A stretch of DNA of 64,000 bases from Macrostomum hystrix (lineage: Eukaryota; Animalia; Platyhelminthes): NCBI GenBank assembly GCA_950097015.1, contig CATNEN010000007.1, forward strand, positions 3,162,001-3,226,000, read 5' to 3'. The notes below the pieces were generated by a model. It saw only the letters and a program-made list of their open reading frames with translations. It had not been told where the DNA came from and did no database searches. Each line of letters opens with the position of its first letter. Within the stretch, counting starts at the first letter, position 1. The translations under genes and the position numbers were made by a program. Of the stretch, positions 24,863 to 36,694 are shown piece after piece.

Positions 24863-25256
24863 CCCCGGCGGCCTTACGATCCCTGTCTTCGCCAGCCGTT
24901 CTAGTCTTTTTTTAAACACAAAGAATTCTTTTTTCTCATGGCGTCGACCTTGTTAGTAAGCAAACAGTTTGTAAGATTAGTATGTAAATATTACTCGTAC
25001 TGGATCATTGCATCGCTAATCAGCTTATCGCTTTTTAAATATCGAATTTTTGTAACAAGTTCTCTACTTCTTTTTTTTAGTTTGGTTTTTCTAAAAACGG
25101 AAAAAATACGCTACAGCCTACTTGTCTGACTACTTACTTATTGAGCGCTCTCTTTTTTTGTATTTCTTTCGACTTTTTCAGCAGAGTTTAAAGTAAATGT
25201 GGTTACTATCTAGTAACTAGTATCTAGTAGTAATTAGTTTCATACTTTCGAGGCTT

Positions 25257-25282
25257 AATAAACATTTTTGTTTGCAAATAAA
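25257..25282 (+). terminator. Two AATAAA polyadenylation signals closing the PTP 3' UTR
   Basis: AATAAA at 25257-25262 and 25277-25282, about 400 nt after the stop codon. Confidence 0.55.
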
Positions 25283-25734
25283 ATTCACACAGAAGAACTA
25301 ATAAGTAGTCGGCAGTACTTCAAGTTGCGTGTTGTAGTCTTCCTTTTTCTGGTCACTGGATAGACCGTAATCATAGGCATTATGTACATTTTATAGTCAA
25401 TCTCTGAATCTCACCTTGAGTTGCAAAGGGTCCACATACAATCGCTGAATATTGTGTTCGCCTGTTCTGTTTGTTGTTTTCTTGAGTTTTAACAGATTTT
25501 TAAAGTTTTACTTTGATATCGGTCTGTCTGAATTTTTTTCTGTCAGCTTTTGCGATTTATTAGTTTAATTGTATTAGAGCGGTACAATTTTTCTTAGAAA
25601 TTGCGTTACGCAATCTTTTGGTATGCGTGTTTTCTCAGTTTTACCAATTTAGCATTCTACTTTAATGCTAGCTTTTAGTTATCAATGCTCCTTTATCGAC
25701 TGACGATTTGACCACCGTCATCCAGATCTTCAGA

Positions 25735-26530
25735 TTGGGATCAGATAACTCACAAATCCTCAGGTTATGATCAGACAACTCCCAGATCCTCAGATTGGGA
25801 TCACTGAACTCCCAGATCCTCAGATTGGGATCACTGAACTCCCAGATTCTCAGATTGGAATCAGCGAACTCCCAGATCCTCAGGTTGGGATTAGCGAACT
25901 CCCAGATCCTCAGATTGGGATCAGCGAACTCTCAGATCCTCAGGTTGGGATTAGCGAACTCCCAGATCCTCAGGTTGGGATTAGCGAACTCCCAGATCCT
26001 CAGATTGGGATCAGCGAACTCTCAGATCCTCAGGTTGGGATTAGCGAACTCCCAGATCCTCAGGTTGGGATTAGCGAACTCCCAGATCCTCAGATTGGGA
26101 TCAGCGAACTCTCAGATCCTCAGGTTGGGATCAGAGAACTCCCTGATCCTCAGATTGGGATCAGACAACTCCCAGATCCTCAGATTGGGATCAGAGAACT
26201 CCCAGATCCTCAGGTTGGGATTAGCGAACTCTCAGATCCTCAGATTGGGATTAGCGAACTCTCAGATCCTCAGGTTGGGATTAGCGAACTCCCAGATCCT
26301 CAGGTTGGGATTAGCGAACTCCCAGATCCTCAGATTGGGATCAGCGAACTCTCAGATCCTCAGGTTGGGATCAGAGAACTCCCAGATCCTCAGATTGGGA
26401 TCAGAGAACTCCCAGATCCTCAGATTGGGATTAGCGAACTCCCAGATTCTCAGATTGGGATCAGAGAACTCCCAGATCCTCAGATTGGGATCAGAGAACT
26501 CCCTGATCCTCAGATTGGGATCAGGGAACT
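25735..26530. repeat. 30-bp minisatellite (CAGATTGGGATCAGCGAACTCCCAGATCCT)
   Basis: Tandem array; 10-aa periodicity in ORFs 25767..26552 and 25795..26535. Confidence 0.96.
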
Positions 26531-26907
26531 TTTAATTCTCCTAGGAAAATAGTCTCAGGCACCACAGCAAATCGTTGCGCTCCTACCCTTTCCGTGTTTT
26601 TTGGTCTTTAAAAGAAAAACAATATATCACACGAGTTTTTATGCTTTTACGCAAGAGTTTCCCATTTGCTTTTGACAAGGATTTTTTTCCAGACAAATAA
26701 ATAAAAATCAAACACACCTGTTTACCGCCTTGCACTTCGCTGCACGACCAACCCGACCAGTTGTATTCGCTTCCTCGTCTACCGGTTGTGCACTGGCATG
26801 TTAAGCTTTGTTCTTGTTTAGTTCTTTTTTAGATTTCACTAAAGTAGGTAGTTTGAACCATGCACTAACTGTTATTGCAATAGTTTCTTATTCGCTTAAT
26901 ATTTCAG

Positions 26908-27161
26908 CCTTCCGTGCTCAGATTACGCAACAGATGTCTTCACCTGAATCGGAGGAAACGGCGGCAGAACCGGAGATTCGCCGACGCAACAAAGCGGAGC
27001 GGCTGCGCCGGACTCAGGAGCAGATCGACCGGATGCGCAGCAACATGCGCAACTGGGAGGTGAAACGCTGGCGCAAGCGTTGGTCCACCCGCGTCGGCAT
27101 CGGCGCCGCCATTGTTCTGCTAACCGCCGGCTGCAGCTACCTCTATTACTACTATAGGTAG
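26908..27161 (+). CDS. Short GC-rich terminal exon or small ORF (ATG at 26934, 75 aa): basic coiled coil plus tail anchor resembling the TC-PTP (TC48) C-terminus
   Basis: Acceptor TTTCAG at 26907 (alternative CAGs at 26921 and 26933). Codon usage matches local genes. Peptide IRRRNKAERLRRTQEQIDRMRSNMRNWEVKRWRKRW followed by VGIGAAIVLLTAGCSYLYYYYR*. AATAAA at 27339. Confidence 0.7.
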
Positions 27162-27477
27162 TAGGATTGGCGCGCGTTTGTCGACGAAATCTGTGTTTTT
27201 GTTAATTTTGTTGTTTGCTTACCTTCGATTGAGAATTTGGCTTTTAGACGAAACTCATTTATGGAATCTTGGCTACTTTGTAGCGAGTTGTCTCTTTGTA
27301 GGTATGTTTGCGATAATTCTCTACTCATAGTTGGTATGAATAAACAAAAGTGTACATTTTTCTCTGTTCCGTGTACAAATTCCGCTTGGTTTTGTGGAAC
27401 TTGTCTTTTTGCGGGAATTATTGCTCCTTAAACTGACCAATTGTGACGATTCCAATTTACCAGTATTTTTTTTTGGT

Positions 27478-27716
27478 GCACACAGCTGCAGTCTGATCTG
27501 ACACAGCTGCAGTCTGATCTGACACAGCTGCAGTCTGATCTGACACAGCTGCAGTGTGATCTGACACAGCTGCAGTCTGATCTGACACAGCTGCAGTCTG
27601 ATCTGACACAGCTGCAGTCTGATCTGACACAGCTGCAGTCTGATCTGACACAGCTGCAGTCTAATCTGACACAGCCGCAGTCTGATCTGACACAGCCACA
27701 GTCTGATCTGACACAC
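27478..27716. repeat. 21-bp minisatellite (CACAGCTGCAGTCTGATCTGA)
   Basis: Tandem array; 7-aa periodicity in the overlapping ORFs. Confidence 0.95.
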
Positions 27717-28405
27717 GTGCGACAAAAGCACGAATTTTGTTCTATAGCGGAACGCTCTCCTTCTCTAGTGTTTGCTTTAATATATTTTCGTGTGCTCATG
27801 TATTTGGTATTTTTTGTCAAATCTTTGCATTCATTCTGAGTAGAGTGAGCTGCTCATAATGTTGGTGATTCGGCAGCATCCATATTTATTGCCATTAGCA
27901 TATTTAGTTATGCGTCTCCGCTGCGCCAAGTTGATTTCGTGCTTGAGGTGAGCTCCATGGTTCATGTTGTCGGTTGACATTTATTATTATTTTTTAGCCA
28001 ATATCTATTTGTAAATACAAAAGCATACTTCTAGGCGAGATTTGAAAACATTTTCTCATTACAGTAAAGCCTTTCTCTTTATTTATTCAAATTTCTAATT
28101 GGTTGTAAAAATCCTGAGTAATCAATTGATAACCTCTATCTACCTTTTATTCAGATTATCTGTTAATCCACTAATCTATAAAATATGTCCGGAAACTTGC
28201 AGCGGAAAAGTTTTTTAGTTCCAGAACATAAAGAAAAATATTATATCAGAATAACTTTAAAGGCCAACCTAAAAGTACGGGACATTGGTAATAATTGGTA
28301 AGTGGTGATAATAGTAACACTATTTAGGACCCAAAACCAGGTGTGTTTTAGAGCCAAACCTGCCGCCTAATCCCCAGCTCGCTAAAACCATGCCCTTGCA
28401 GCGCT

Positions 28406-30536
28406 ATGGCCTCTGCTCAGAAGGTGGCGGTGGTGACGGGCTCCAACAAGGGCATCGGGTTCGCCATTGTGGAGCAGCTGTGCAAGCAGCTGGGCTCCGG
28501 CTGGTCCGTCTACCTGACCTCGCGCGATGAGGCTCGCGGCTTGGAGGCGCTGCGACAGCTGAAGGAGCGCGGAGTGGAGCCTCGCTTCCACCAGCTGGAC
28601 ATTGACAGTCAGGAGAGCGTGGACCGGCTGGCCACCTACCTGCGGAGCACCTACGGCGGTCTGGACATCCTCATCAACAATGCCGCCATCGCCTACAAGA
28701 ACGACTCGACTGCTCCGTTCGCTGAGCAGGCTGAGGTCACCATGGCAACCAATTTTTTCAACACCATCCGCGTGTGCGACGCCCTGTTCCCGCTGCTGCG
28801 GCCTCACGCTCGGGTTGTGCACCTGTGCAGCGGAGTGAGCGACATGGTGCTGAACAAGGCCAGTCCGGAGCTGCAGAAGAAGCTCATGCAGCCAATGAGC
28901 CTGGATGAGGTAAGCCTGCTCATTGCTGCTGCCCTTGAGCAGCTTCTTGAGTAGCTCCAGTTGTTATAATATATTTCCGCTTAAAGTAGTTGTAACACAC
29001 TAAAAGTGGGGAAAGAACCTCGCGCTGGCAGACCGAGACCGGTTTCTGGCTTGTTTGCCTTCGTCAGTCAGCCATAGCCACACGCAGTCCTCTCCCACCA
29101 CTCTTAGTGTGCACAGAAGTCTCTTTTAAACTTGCCATTTTTATGGCGATATTTTTTAGTGTTATGGGAGAGTTTTGCAGCCAAGTCTTTGCTTTTCTAC
29201 TGTTGTCAGTAGTCTGAATTGTATCTCTCACAGTAGTGTTCCGAACTCCTTGACCCGCTGGGATTTAACTCCGATATTTCGAGTTTTATATATTTTCGGT
29301 TCGGTTTCGAACAGCTCAGGACACAATTGTACGAGTTTTTACTAGTAGCTTGTTTAGCATATTGTTTTAGATGCACATGCACACTGCTATAAATTAAGCG
29401 AATGGTTAAGCTAACAGTAATAATAGTTGATTGAGGGCCGTGCACAATTCTGCCTGTTCCGCTGACTCCTGAGCACACACACACACACAGACACCGATGC
29501 AGGCACACGCTCACACAGGTGTGTACATCTGCCCTGTCTTTCTCATCGTCAGGCAATGTACAATCTCACTGTGCCTTGGAGGTTGGTCCTTAACAGCGTA
29601 AATTGCACGACAAGCCCCCAAGCCTTCTCTCCGCCGCTGCGCTTCAAATGAATGTGGCCTCGCCGCGGAATCGAACTCAGGGACCTTGGTGCGAGAGGCA
29701 AACGCGTTATATCGCTCTGCCACTCATCCCCAATATTTAAGCACTAGGTGAAGATGTAAGATGTAGAGTTGAAACATAAAACAATTAAGTTACCCATTAC
29801 TGATTTACAATACAAGTACTTACCTACCAGTTCATATAAGTACGGGCTAGGTACGCAACTTGCATCATTATTAGTTGGTCCGACACTGGCACAGTTTAAT
29901 GTCGGTGAAAATCGGAGCGATATACACTAGCGTCCTATTTATCCACAGACCAATATCAATGTTATTTTGTGTAGAATTCAGAGTTGTCGCTACGCTCGAC
30001 CAAAAACAGTCAAAATCAGGCGCCGATTGCTTAGGAATGTTTTTTGATCCTTGATAAAGACTATAGGAATGCAACGACCCACCCGAGACTCTAGCATTCC
30101 CCTTGCCGAACTGCTCAAAGCTTTGCCAACCCTGTGACTAATTAGCTGACATGTTTTGAGTGGTAAACTAACAACCATCGGCACACAGGTGAAGCAGCTC
30201 ATGTCTGACTTTGTGGCCCGGGCCGAGGCCGGCACGGTGCAGGAAGCCGGCTGGCCGCCCACCGCCTACGGCGTCTCCAAGGTCGGCGTCCGCCTCATGA
30301 CCTACGCCCAGGCCAAGGACATTCGCGGAGATGACATTGTGATCAACTGCTGCTGTCCTGGCTATGTTGACACGGACATGTCCAGCCACAAGGGAACCAA
30401 GAGCGTTTTTGAGGGCGCCGATACACCGGTTTACCTGGCCACCCTGCCGCCAGGTGTGAAGGAACCGGTGGGCCAGCACCTGTTCGAGCGGAAGGTTGTG
30501 CCTTGGATTGTGAAGCCCGACTTCAAGCTGGTCTGA
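28406..30536 (+). CDS. CBR1: Carbonyl reductase (NADPH), CBR1-like SDR, copy 1; exons 28406-28909, 30189-30536 (283 aa)
   Basis: TGSNKGIG cofactor motif, TSR basic residue (NADPH preference), NNAAI, catalytic S..YxxSK (TAYGVSK), CCPGYVDTDM and EGADTPVYLA. Phase-0 GT-AG intron. Confidence 0.9.
29440..29730 (-). mobile_element. tRNA-derived SINE-like element in the intron of CBR copy 1
   Basis: Minus strand has TGGCAGAGCG (A-box-like) and GAGTTCGATTCC (B-box), a body shared with 31925-32160, and a TG-rich tail. Confidence 0.65.
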
Positions 30537-31292
30537 GCAACCTGACAATTGACAACTTACACAATGAACCGATAGGGTTTCTGTTCTTATAGCTGTTTAA
30601 TTAACAGTTGTAGCTAACAATATTAATTATTATCTCATTTTTTAGTTAGCCTGCGAATTTTTCCGGACACAAATCAGTAATTTTTGCCGTGATTTCAGCA
30701 ATTACTCTACTAATATGTCATTACGCAATTTGGCTAATGTTGCAGTTGATTTCAATAATTAATTTCATAGCCTAGAATTAGCAAATATTTAAATTTGTTT
30801 CACATGTGCACACCTAAATTATATTTCTGCTTATAGCTGGCTATTTTCATTATTTTTATGACTGTTTTAAAAAATTCAGTTTTGGCGCTCCATGGCTCGT
30901 GTGCCTGATTTAAACTGGCCTTGCTGTTTTGCTTACCGGTAATGAGGTTTAGTACACACGCTAATTGACTTCCTATACTACTTTTATAAGTACTGCAGCC
31001 TTTTTGCTGTCCTTGATTTATTGAAGCAATAAATTTACATTAATTACTAGCTTCTTGCTCTTACATGTTTTCTAGACTTTTCCTTTCCTTTTGATCTTCC
31101 GTTCATTGGCACTGCATGAAAAAATGTAAATAAACGACCTAAAGCAATCATAAACATAATATACTTTTCATAGCAATCTAATAGACAGCAGTATTTAGGA
31201 AATAGGAAACATAATAAAGCTGGCATATCTGCATTTTTCCACTAAGATTGCTCACTACTTCCTAGCTCGCTAAACCATGCTTTTGCAGCGCT

Positions 31293-32570
31293 ATGGCCTC
31301 TGCTCAGAAGGTGGCGGTGGTGACGGGCTCCAACAAGGGCATCGGGTTCGCCATTGTGGAGCAGCTGTGCAAGCAGCTGGGCTCCGGCTGGTCCGTCTAC
31401 CTGACCTCGCGCGATGAGGCTCGCGGCTTGGAGGCGCTGCGACAGCTGAAGGAGCGCGGAGTGGAGCCTCGCTTCCACCAGCTGGACATTGACAGTCAGG
31501 AGAGCGTGGACCGGCTGGCCACCTACCTGCGGAGCACCTACGGCGGTCTGGACATCCTCATCAACAATGCCGCCATCGCCTACAAGAACGACTCGACTGC
31601 TCCGTTCGCTGAGCAGGCTGAGGTCACCATGGCAACCAATTTTTTCAACACCATCCGCGTGTGCGACGCCCTGTTCCCGCTGCTGCGGCCTCACGCTCGG
31701 GTTGTGCACCTGTGCAGCGGAGTGAGCGACATGGTGCTGAACAAGGCCAGTCCGGAGCTGCAGAAGAAGCTCATGCAGCCAATGAGTCTGGATGAGGTCA
31801 GTTCCTTATCGATTCTCTAGATATGAAAAGTTTTGCTAGTCTTAAGCTCTCGTTATTGTGGTATTCGTGCACATTGTCAGATAACCGACCATCAGTTTGA
31901 TGGGGGGTTCGAGGGGCGGAGCCGTGACTGACCGACTCTCGCTTTAAAGTTCCGAAGCCGCAGCAAGGCCACATTAATTTAATTGTAGCCAAGAATAGAA
32001 GGCTTTGCAGACTGTGCAATTCACTCCTGTGAAGACAAATTCCTCAATGCACTGTATTGTACACTGCCTGTCGATGCGAAAGTCAGGGCAGATGTGCATA
32101 TCTGAAAGTACGTGCCTAACCTGTGCGTATCCGTGTGCGTGTGCCTCTGAGCAGTCACCAATAAGCCCTTCTAAATATTGGCATGAATGAATTTCCAGCT
32201 TCCAATCGAATCCCTGTTGCAGGTGAAGCAGCTCATGTCTGACTTTGTGGCCCGGGCCAAGGCCGGCACGGTGCAGGAAGCCGGCTGGCCGCCCACCGCC
32301 TACGGCGCCTCCAAGGTCGGCGTCCGCCTCATGACCTACGCCCAGGCCAAGGACATTCGCGGAGATGACATTGTGATCAACTGCTGCTGTCCTGGCTATG
32401 TTGACACGGACATGTCCAGCCACAAGGGACCCAAGACCATCTATGAGGGCGCCGATACACCGGTTTACCTGGCCACCCTGCCGCCAGGTGTGAAGGAACC
32501 GTTGGGCCAGCACCTGTACGAGCGGAAGGTTGTGCCGTGGGCTGTGAAGCCAGGTTTTAGCATTGTTTGA
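31293..32570 (+). CDS. CBR1: CBR1-like carbonyl reductase, copy 2; exons 31293-31796, 32223-32570 (283 aa)
   Basis: Same motifs (YxxSK = TAYGASK). Exon 1 is nearly identical to that of copy 1. Confidence 0.9.
31925..32160 (+). mobile_element. Diverged copy of the same SINE-like element in the intron of CBR copy 2
   Basis: Shared blocks AGGCCACATT, GTGCAATT and TTGTACA(C/T)TGCCTG(T/A)CGATG(C/A)GAAAG(T/A)CAGGGCAGATGT with the element at 29440-29730, in the opposite orientation. Confidence 0.6.
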
Positions 32571-32929
32571 TTGAGTGATTGTCATACTGATGTACATTAC
32601 AAGTTTGACAAGATTGGCTTCGGTTTGAAAGTTCCGAATTCAAAATTTCTCAAATAACTCTTTTTTCACTCTCGTGGTTTATTGTTACGAGATCTAATAA
32701 TGATATTTATACTTTTCCAACTGATAATATTTAAGACATATTTAAGCTTTCGAATTCAACTGTTTATTTTCAATAAGCTTGTATTTCGTAGCCAATATTA
32801 GCGGAAAGTTTTTCTTCTGTCATCAAAGGTGGACCGTAAGTTAGACCGATTAGCTAAGAAACTATAGGACCAGTAAGACAACAGGCTTTCGTTAAAGTGA
32901 GTAGTTCTCAATATCATTGTGTGATTGAT

Positions 32930-33258
32930 AAGCATGTTAAGCATGCTGTCAGTAGCTGTTAAGCATGCTGTCAGTAGCTGTTAAGCATGCCATCAGTAGC
33001 TATTAAGCATGCTGTCAGTAGCTGTTAAGCATGCTGTCAGTAGCTGTTAAGCATGCTGTCAGTAGCTGTTAAGCATGCCATCAGTAGCTGTTAAGCATGC
33101 TGTCAGTAGCTGTAAAGCATGCTGTCAGTAGCTGTTAAGCATGCTGTCAGTAGCTGTTAAGCATGCTGTCAGTAGCTGTTAAGCATGCTGTCAGTAGCTG
33201 TTAAGCATGCTGTCAGTAGCTGTTAAGCATGCTGTCAGTAGCTGTTGAACATGCTGTA
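32930..33258. repeat. 22-bp minisatellite (AAGCATGCTGTCAGTAGCTGTT)
   Basis: Tandem array between CBR copies 2 and 3. Confidence 0.95.
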
Positions 33259-33852
33259 GTATAATTTGCAAGTATAAAATTTACGAAGCAAATCTTGATT
33301 AGGTCGACAATCTTTTTTTGCAAGTAGAATTTATACTTAAATAGTGAACCAATGAGTTATCGCTTTGAATTTTAGCCAAATGTTTATCCTCTTTCATCAT
33401 TTTTAAGCACCAGATTTTTTCTATTGTCCTTCTTTTCAAAAGTTTTTTCTAGTTTTCCCATTATAGCTGGTTTTCGCTATCGTTTTTATATTTTAGAAAA
33501 TGTTATGAAAGTTTATAGATTTTCTATATTTATAGTTTTTCTCAGCAGCTGTAGCAGTTTTTTGTTAAACAGCAAACGAGTCGTCTCAGTCCTTGTGTTT
33601 TGTCTCTAATAAGTTACTCTTAGTTTCTAGGCCTTTAAAAGTCCATAGAGTTGAAACAGCACTGTTGAGAAAGTGTTTAGAACCTCAGGACATTTCTCGG
33701 TTAGCGGTATCGTGAAAACCCTCGAGATTCCCATAAAAAGCATGAGCCATTATCCCTTACAAACCGAACAGTTTCTTAGAAAATCCGAAGGAAAATCCGG
33801 AAACTCTTCCGTAAGCTTCATTTTACATAACATTTTACACCATTGCAGCGCT

Positions 33853-34809
33853 ATGGCCTCTGCTCAGAAGGTGGCGGTGGTGACGGGCTCCAACAAGGGC
33901 ATCGGGTTCGCCATTGTGGAGCAGCTGTGCAAGCAGCTGGGCTCCGGCTGGTCCGTCTACCTGACCTCGCGCGATGAGGCTCGCGGCTTGGAGGCGCTGC
34001 GACAGCTGAAGGAGCGCGGAGTGGAGCCTCGCTTCCACCAGCTGGACATTGACAGTCAGGAGAGCGTGGACCGGCTGGCCACCTACCTGCGGAACACCTA
34101 CGGCGGCCTGGACATCCTCATCAACAATGCCGCCATCTACTACAAACCGAATTGCAATCTGACGTTTCCTGTGCAAATCGAGCTCACCATGGCAACCAAC
34201 TTCTGGAGCACCCTCCGCGTGTGCGACGCCCTGTTCCCGCTGCTGCGGCCTCACGCTCGGGTTGTGCACCTGGGCAGCACCATGAGTGACATGGCCCTGA
34301 ATGAGTGCAAGCCGGACCTTCAGAAGCGTCTAACCCAGCCAATGAATCTGGATGAGGTAAACAGACGAGCTGGCTTAGATCACCCTGTTATACTGTGCTA
34401 GGCAATAGTGACAACTGGGTACTTTTTAATGAAATCCACTTGAGCAATTTTCTATTCGCAGGTGAAGCAGCTCATGAATGAATTCGTGTCGCGCGCCAAG
34501 GCGGGCACCGTGCCAGACGGCGGCTGGCCAACAGGACCCACCTCGGCCTACGCCGTCTCCAAGATCGGCGTCCGCCTCATGACCTACGCCCAGGCCAAGG
34601 AAATTCGCGGAGATGACATTGTGATCAACTGCTGCTGTCCTGGCTATGTTGACACGGACATGTCCGATCATCGGGGACCCAAGACCATCTATGAGGGCGC
34701 CGATACACCGGTTTACCTGGCCACCCTGCCGCCAGGTGTGAAGGAACCGGTGGGCCAGCACCTGTACGAGCGGAAGGTTGTGCTGTGGGCTGTTAAGTCT
34801 GCCTTTTAG
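33853..34809 (+). CDS. CBR1: CBR1-like carbonyl reductase, copy 3; exons 33853-34356, 34462-34809 (283 aa)
   Basis: Same motifs (SAYAVSK); 105-nt phase-0 intron at the same position. Confidence 0.9.
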
Positions 34810-35269
34810 GCCTATCTGGTGTTAAAGAGTATAGTTCTGTAACTCCTTTGAGCACAAGTTTGATTATTTCCATTTCTGATTCGCCTTCATTATGCGAAAT
34901 CGTTTATTGGTTTTAAGAATTAACGCTAATTCTAGAAATTAAATTAACTGAACATTAGAACCGACTCCTGCAAGAATTTATGTATATCTAAATAGTACAA
35001 CCACACTTTACCCTGCAGATATCGGAAACATCAAAGGAGAATCGAAACCTAGAAAAAAACAGCGAAACCCACTTAATTTTCTTTTTGGATATTCTAGAGA
35101 GTCCACACGAATGCCCCTCTCGAGCTATATCTTCGCAACTTCCACCAGGGAATCTTCTAGTAATCATTTATTGAGAATCTAGTGGTGATCCCAAAAAGTC
35201 AATTAAGTTGAGTCAGTCTGAAACCACAAGGTACCAATAACCAATAACCATCGAATGTGAATCCACCTG

Positions 35270-35990
35270 AAATTCCCACGAACCATTGAAGGAGAATCCG
35301 CCTGGGAATCCTCAAGAACCATCGAAGGATAATCTAGGAATCCCCAAGAACCATCGAAGGAGAATCCACCTGGGAATCCCCAAGAACCATCGAAGGAGAA
35401 TCTAGGAATCCCCACGAACCATCGAAGGAGAATCCACCTGGGAATCCCCAAGAACCATCGAAGGATAATCTAGGAATCCCCAAAAACCATCAAATGAGAA
35501 TCTGGGAATACCCAAGAACCATCAAAGGTGAATTTACCTGGGAATCCCCAAGAACCATTGAAGGAGAATCTAGGAATCCCCACGAACCATCGAAGGAGAA
35601 TCCACCTGGAAATCCTCAAGAACCATCGAAGGAGAATCTAGTAATCCCCAAGAACCATCGAAGGAGAATCTAGGAATACCCACGAACCATCGATGGAAAA
35701 TTCACCTGGGAATCCCCAAGAACCATCGAAGGAGAATCTAGGAATACCCACGAACCATCGATGGAAAATTCACCTGGGAATCCCCAAGAACCATCGAATG
35801 ATAATCTAGTAATCCTCAAGAACCATCGAAGGAGAATCCACCTGGGAATCCCCAAGAACCACCGAATGAGAATCTAGGAATACCCACGAACCATCGATGG
35901 AAAATCCACCTGGGAATCCCCAAGAACCATCAAAGGAAATTCACCTGGGAATCCCCAAGAACCATCGAAAGCGAGAGAGGACCTGGGGAT
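35270..35990. repeat. Higher-order minisatellite of alternating ~36-bp and ~32-bp units (GAACCATCGAAGGAGAATC core)
   Basis: Units GAACCATCGAAGGAGAATCCACCTGGGAATCCCCAA and GAACCATCGAAGGAGAATCTAGGAATCCCCAC are interleaved. Confidence 0.88.
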
Positions 35991-36694
35991 TCTCAAACGA
36001 AATGTTAAGAAAATCATTGATTTTTGTAGAACCATTAAACTTCTCGAAGTTCTGTAGAAATTGTGACTTGATTACTGTTTCAGGAGGTGCACATGAAAGT
36101 TTGTCGTAAAGTTTTATTGCCGGGTTATTAAGTTCTGGTACATAAAAAATGAAGGAATTCCCCCTTGATACCTCTACTGTTTTTTAATGGAATTTTTCTA
36201 AATCTAATGTTCTTTTAACAAAGCAATTAGCGCTTATTCATGAGCTAGTGGAAGTTTACGGTTTTTATTGATTGTTTTTTTTTAATTTGACAGATTTAAC
36301 TGTTTAATGCTCGTAGTATTTCTTATTCACATTTGACAATCGATCTGCGAGTAAGGCTTGCATCCTTACAAATAGTTGTCTATCTCTTTACCTTTTTACC
36401 TGACAAATAACTAAGTACGAGTAAGTAGCACATTGTAGTAAGTGAGTGCATTGCTATCCATAAAATTGCTGTGATTGCTTTTCGTTTAGATTGCATTATT
36501 TCTCATTTTGTTGTCTCCTGGCTTAATTAATTTGATTTTATTGTATTTTAATCACCATAATATTGGATTAGGAAAACTCATTGTACAGAGTAGAAATCCG
36601 TTTTTATCTAGGCAAAATCCTAGTTGTCCTTCCGTGGTGAATTGGCTACCTTAAAATTCCCTCATGAAACCAAAATTCAATGAATTGCAGCGCT

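Noticed and set aside
26934-27161. Small ORF as a truncated synaptobrevin/VAMP (RLRRTQEQID resembles RLQQTQAQVD)
   Set aside because: It is too short for a SNARE motif and has no zero-layer region. The ungapped match to the TC-PTP tail and the position behind a PTP gene explain it better, though this is not formally excluded.
29515-29560. Hammerhead-ribozyme-like CTGACGA..GAAA in the SINE body (minus strand)
   Set aside because: Only 3 nt separate the two motifs, so stem II cannot form, and the second copy has CTGTCGA.
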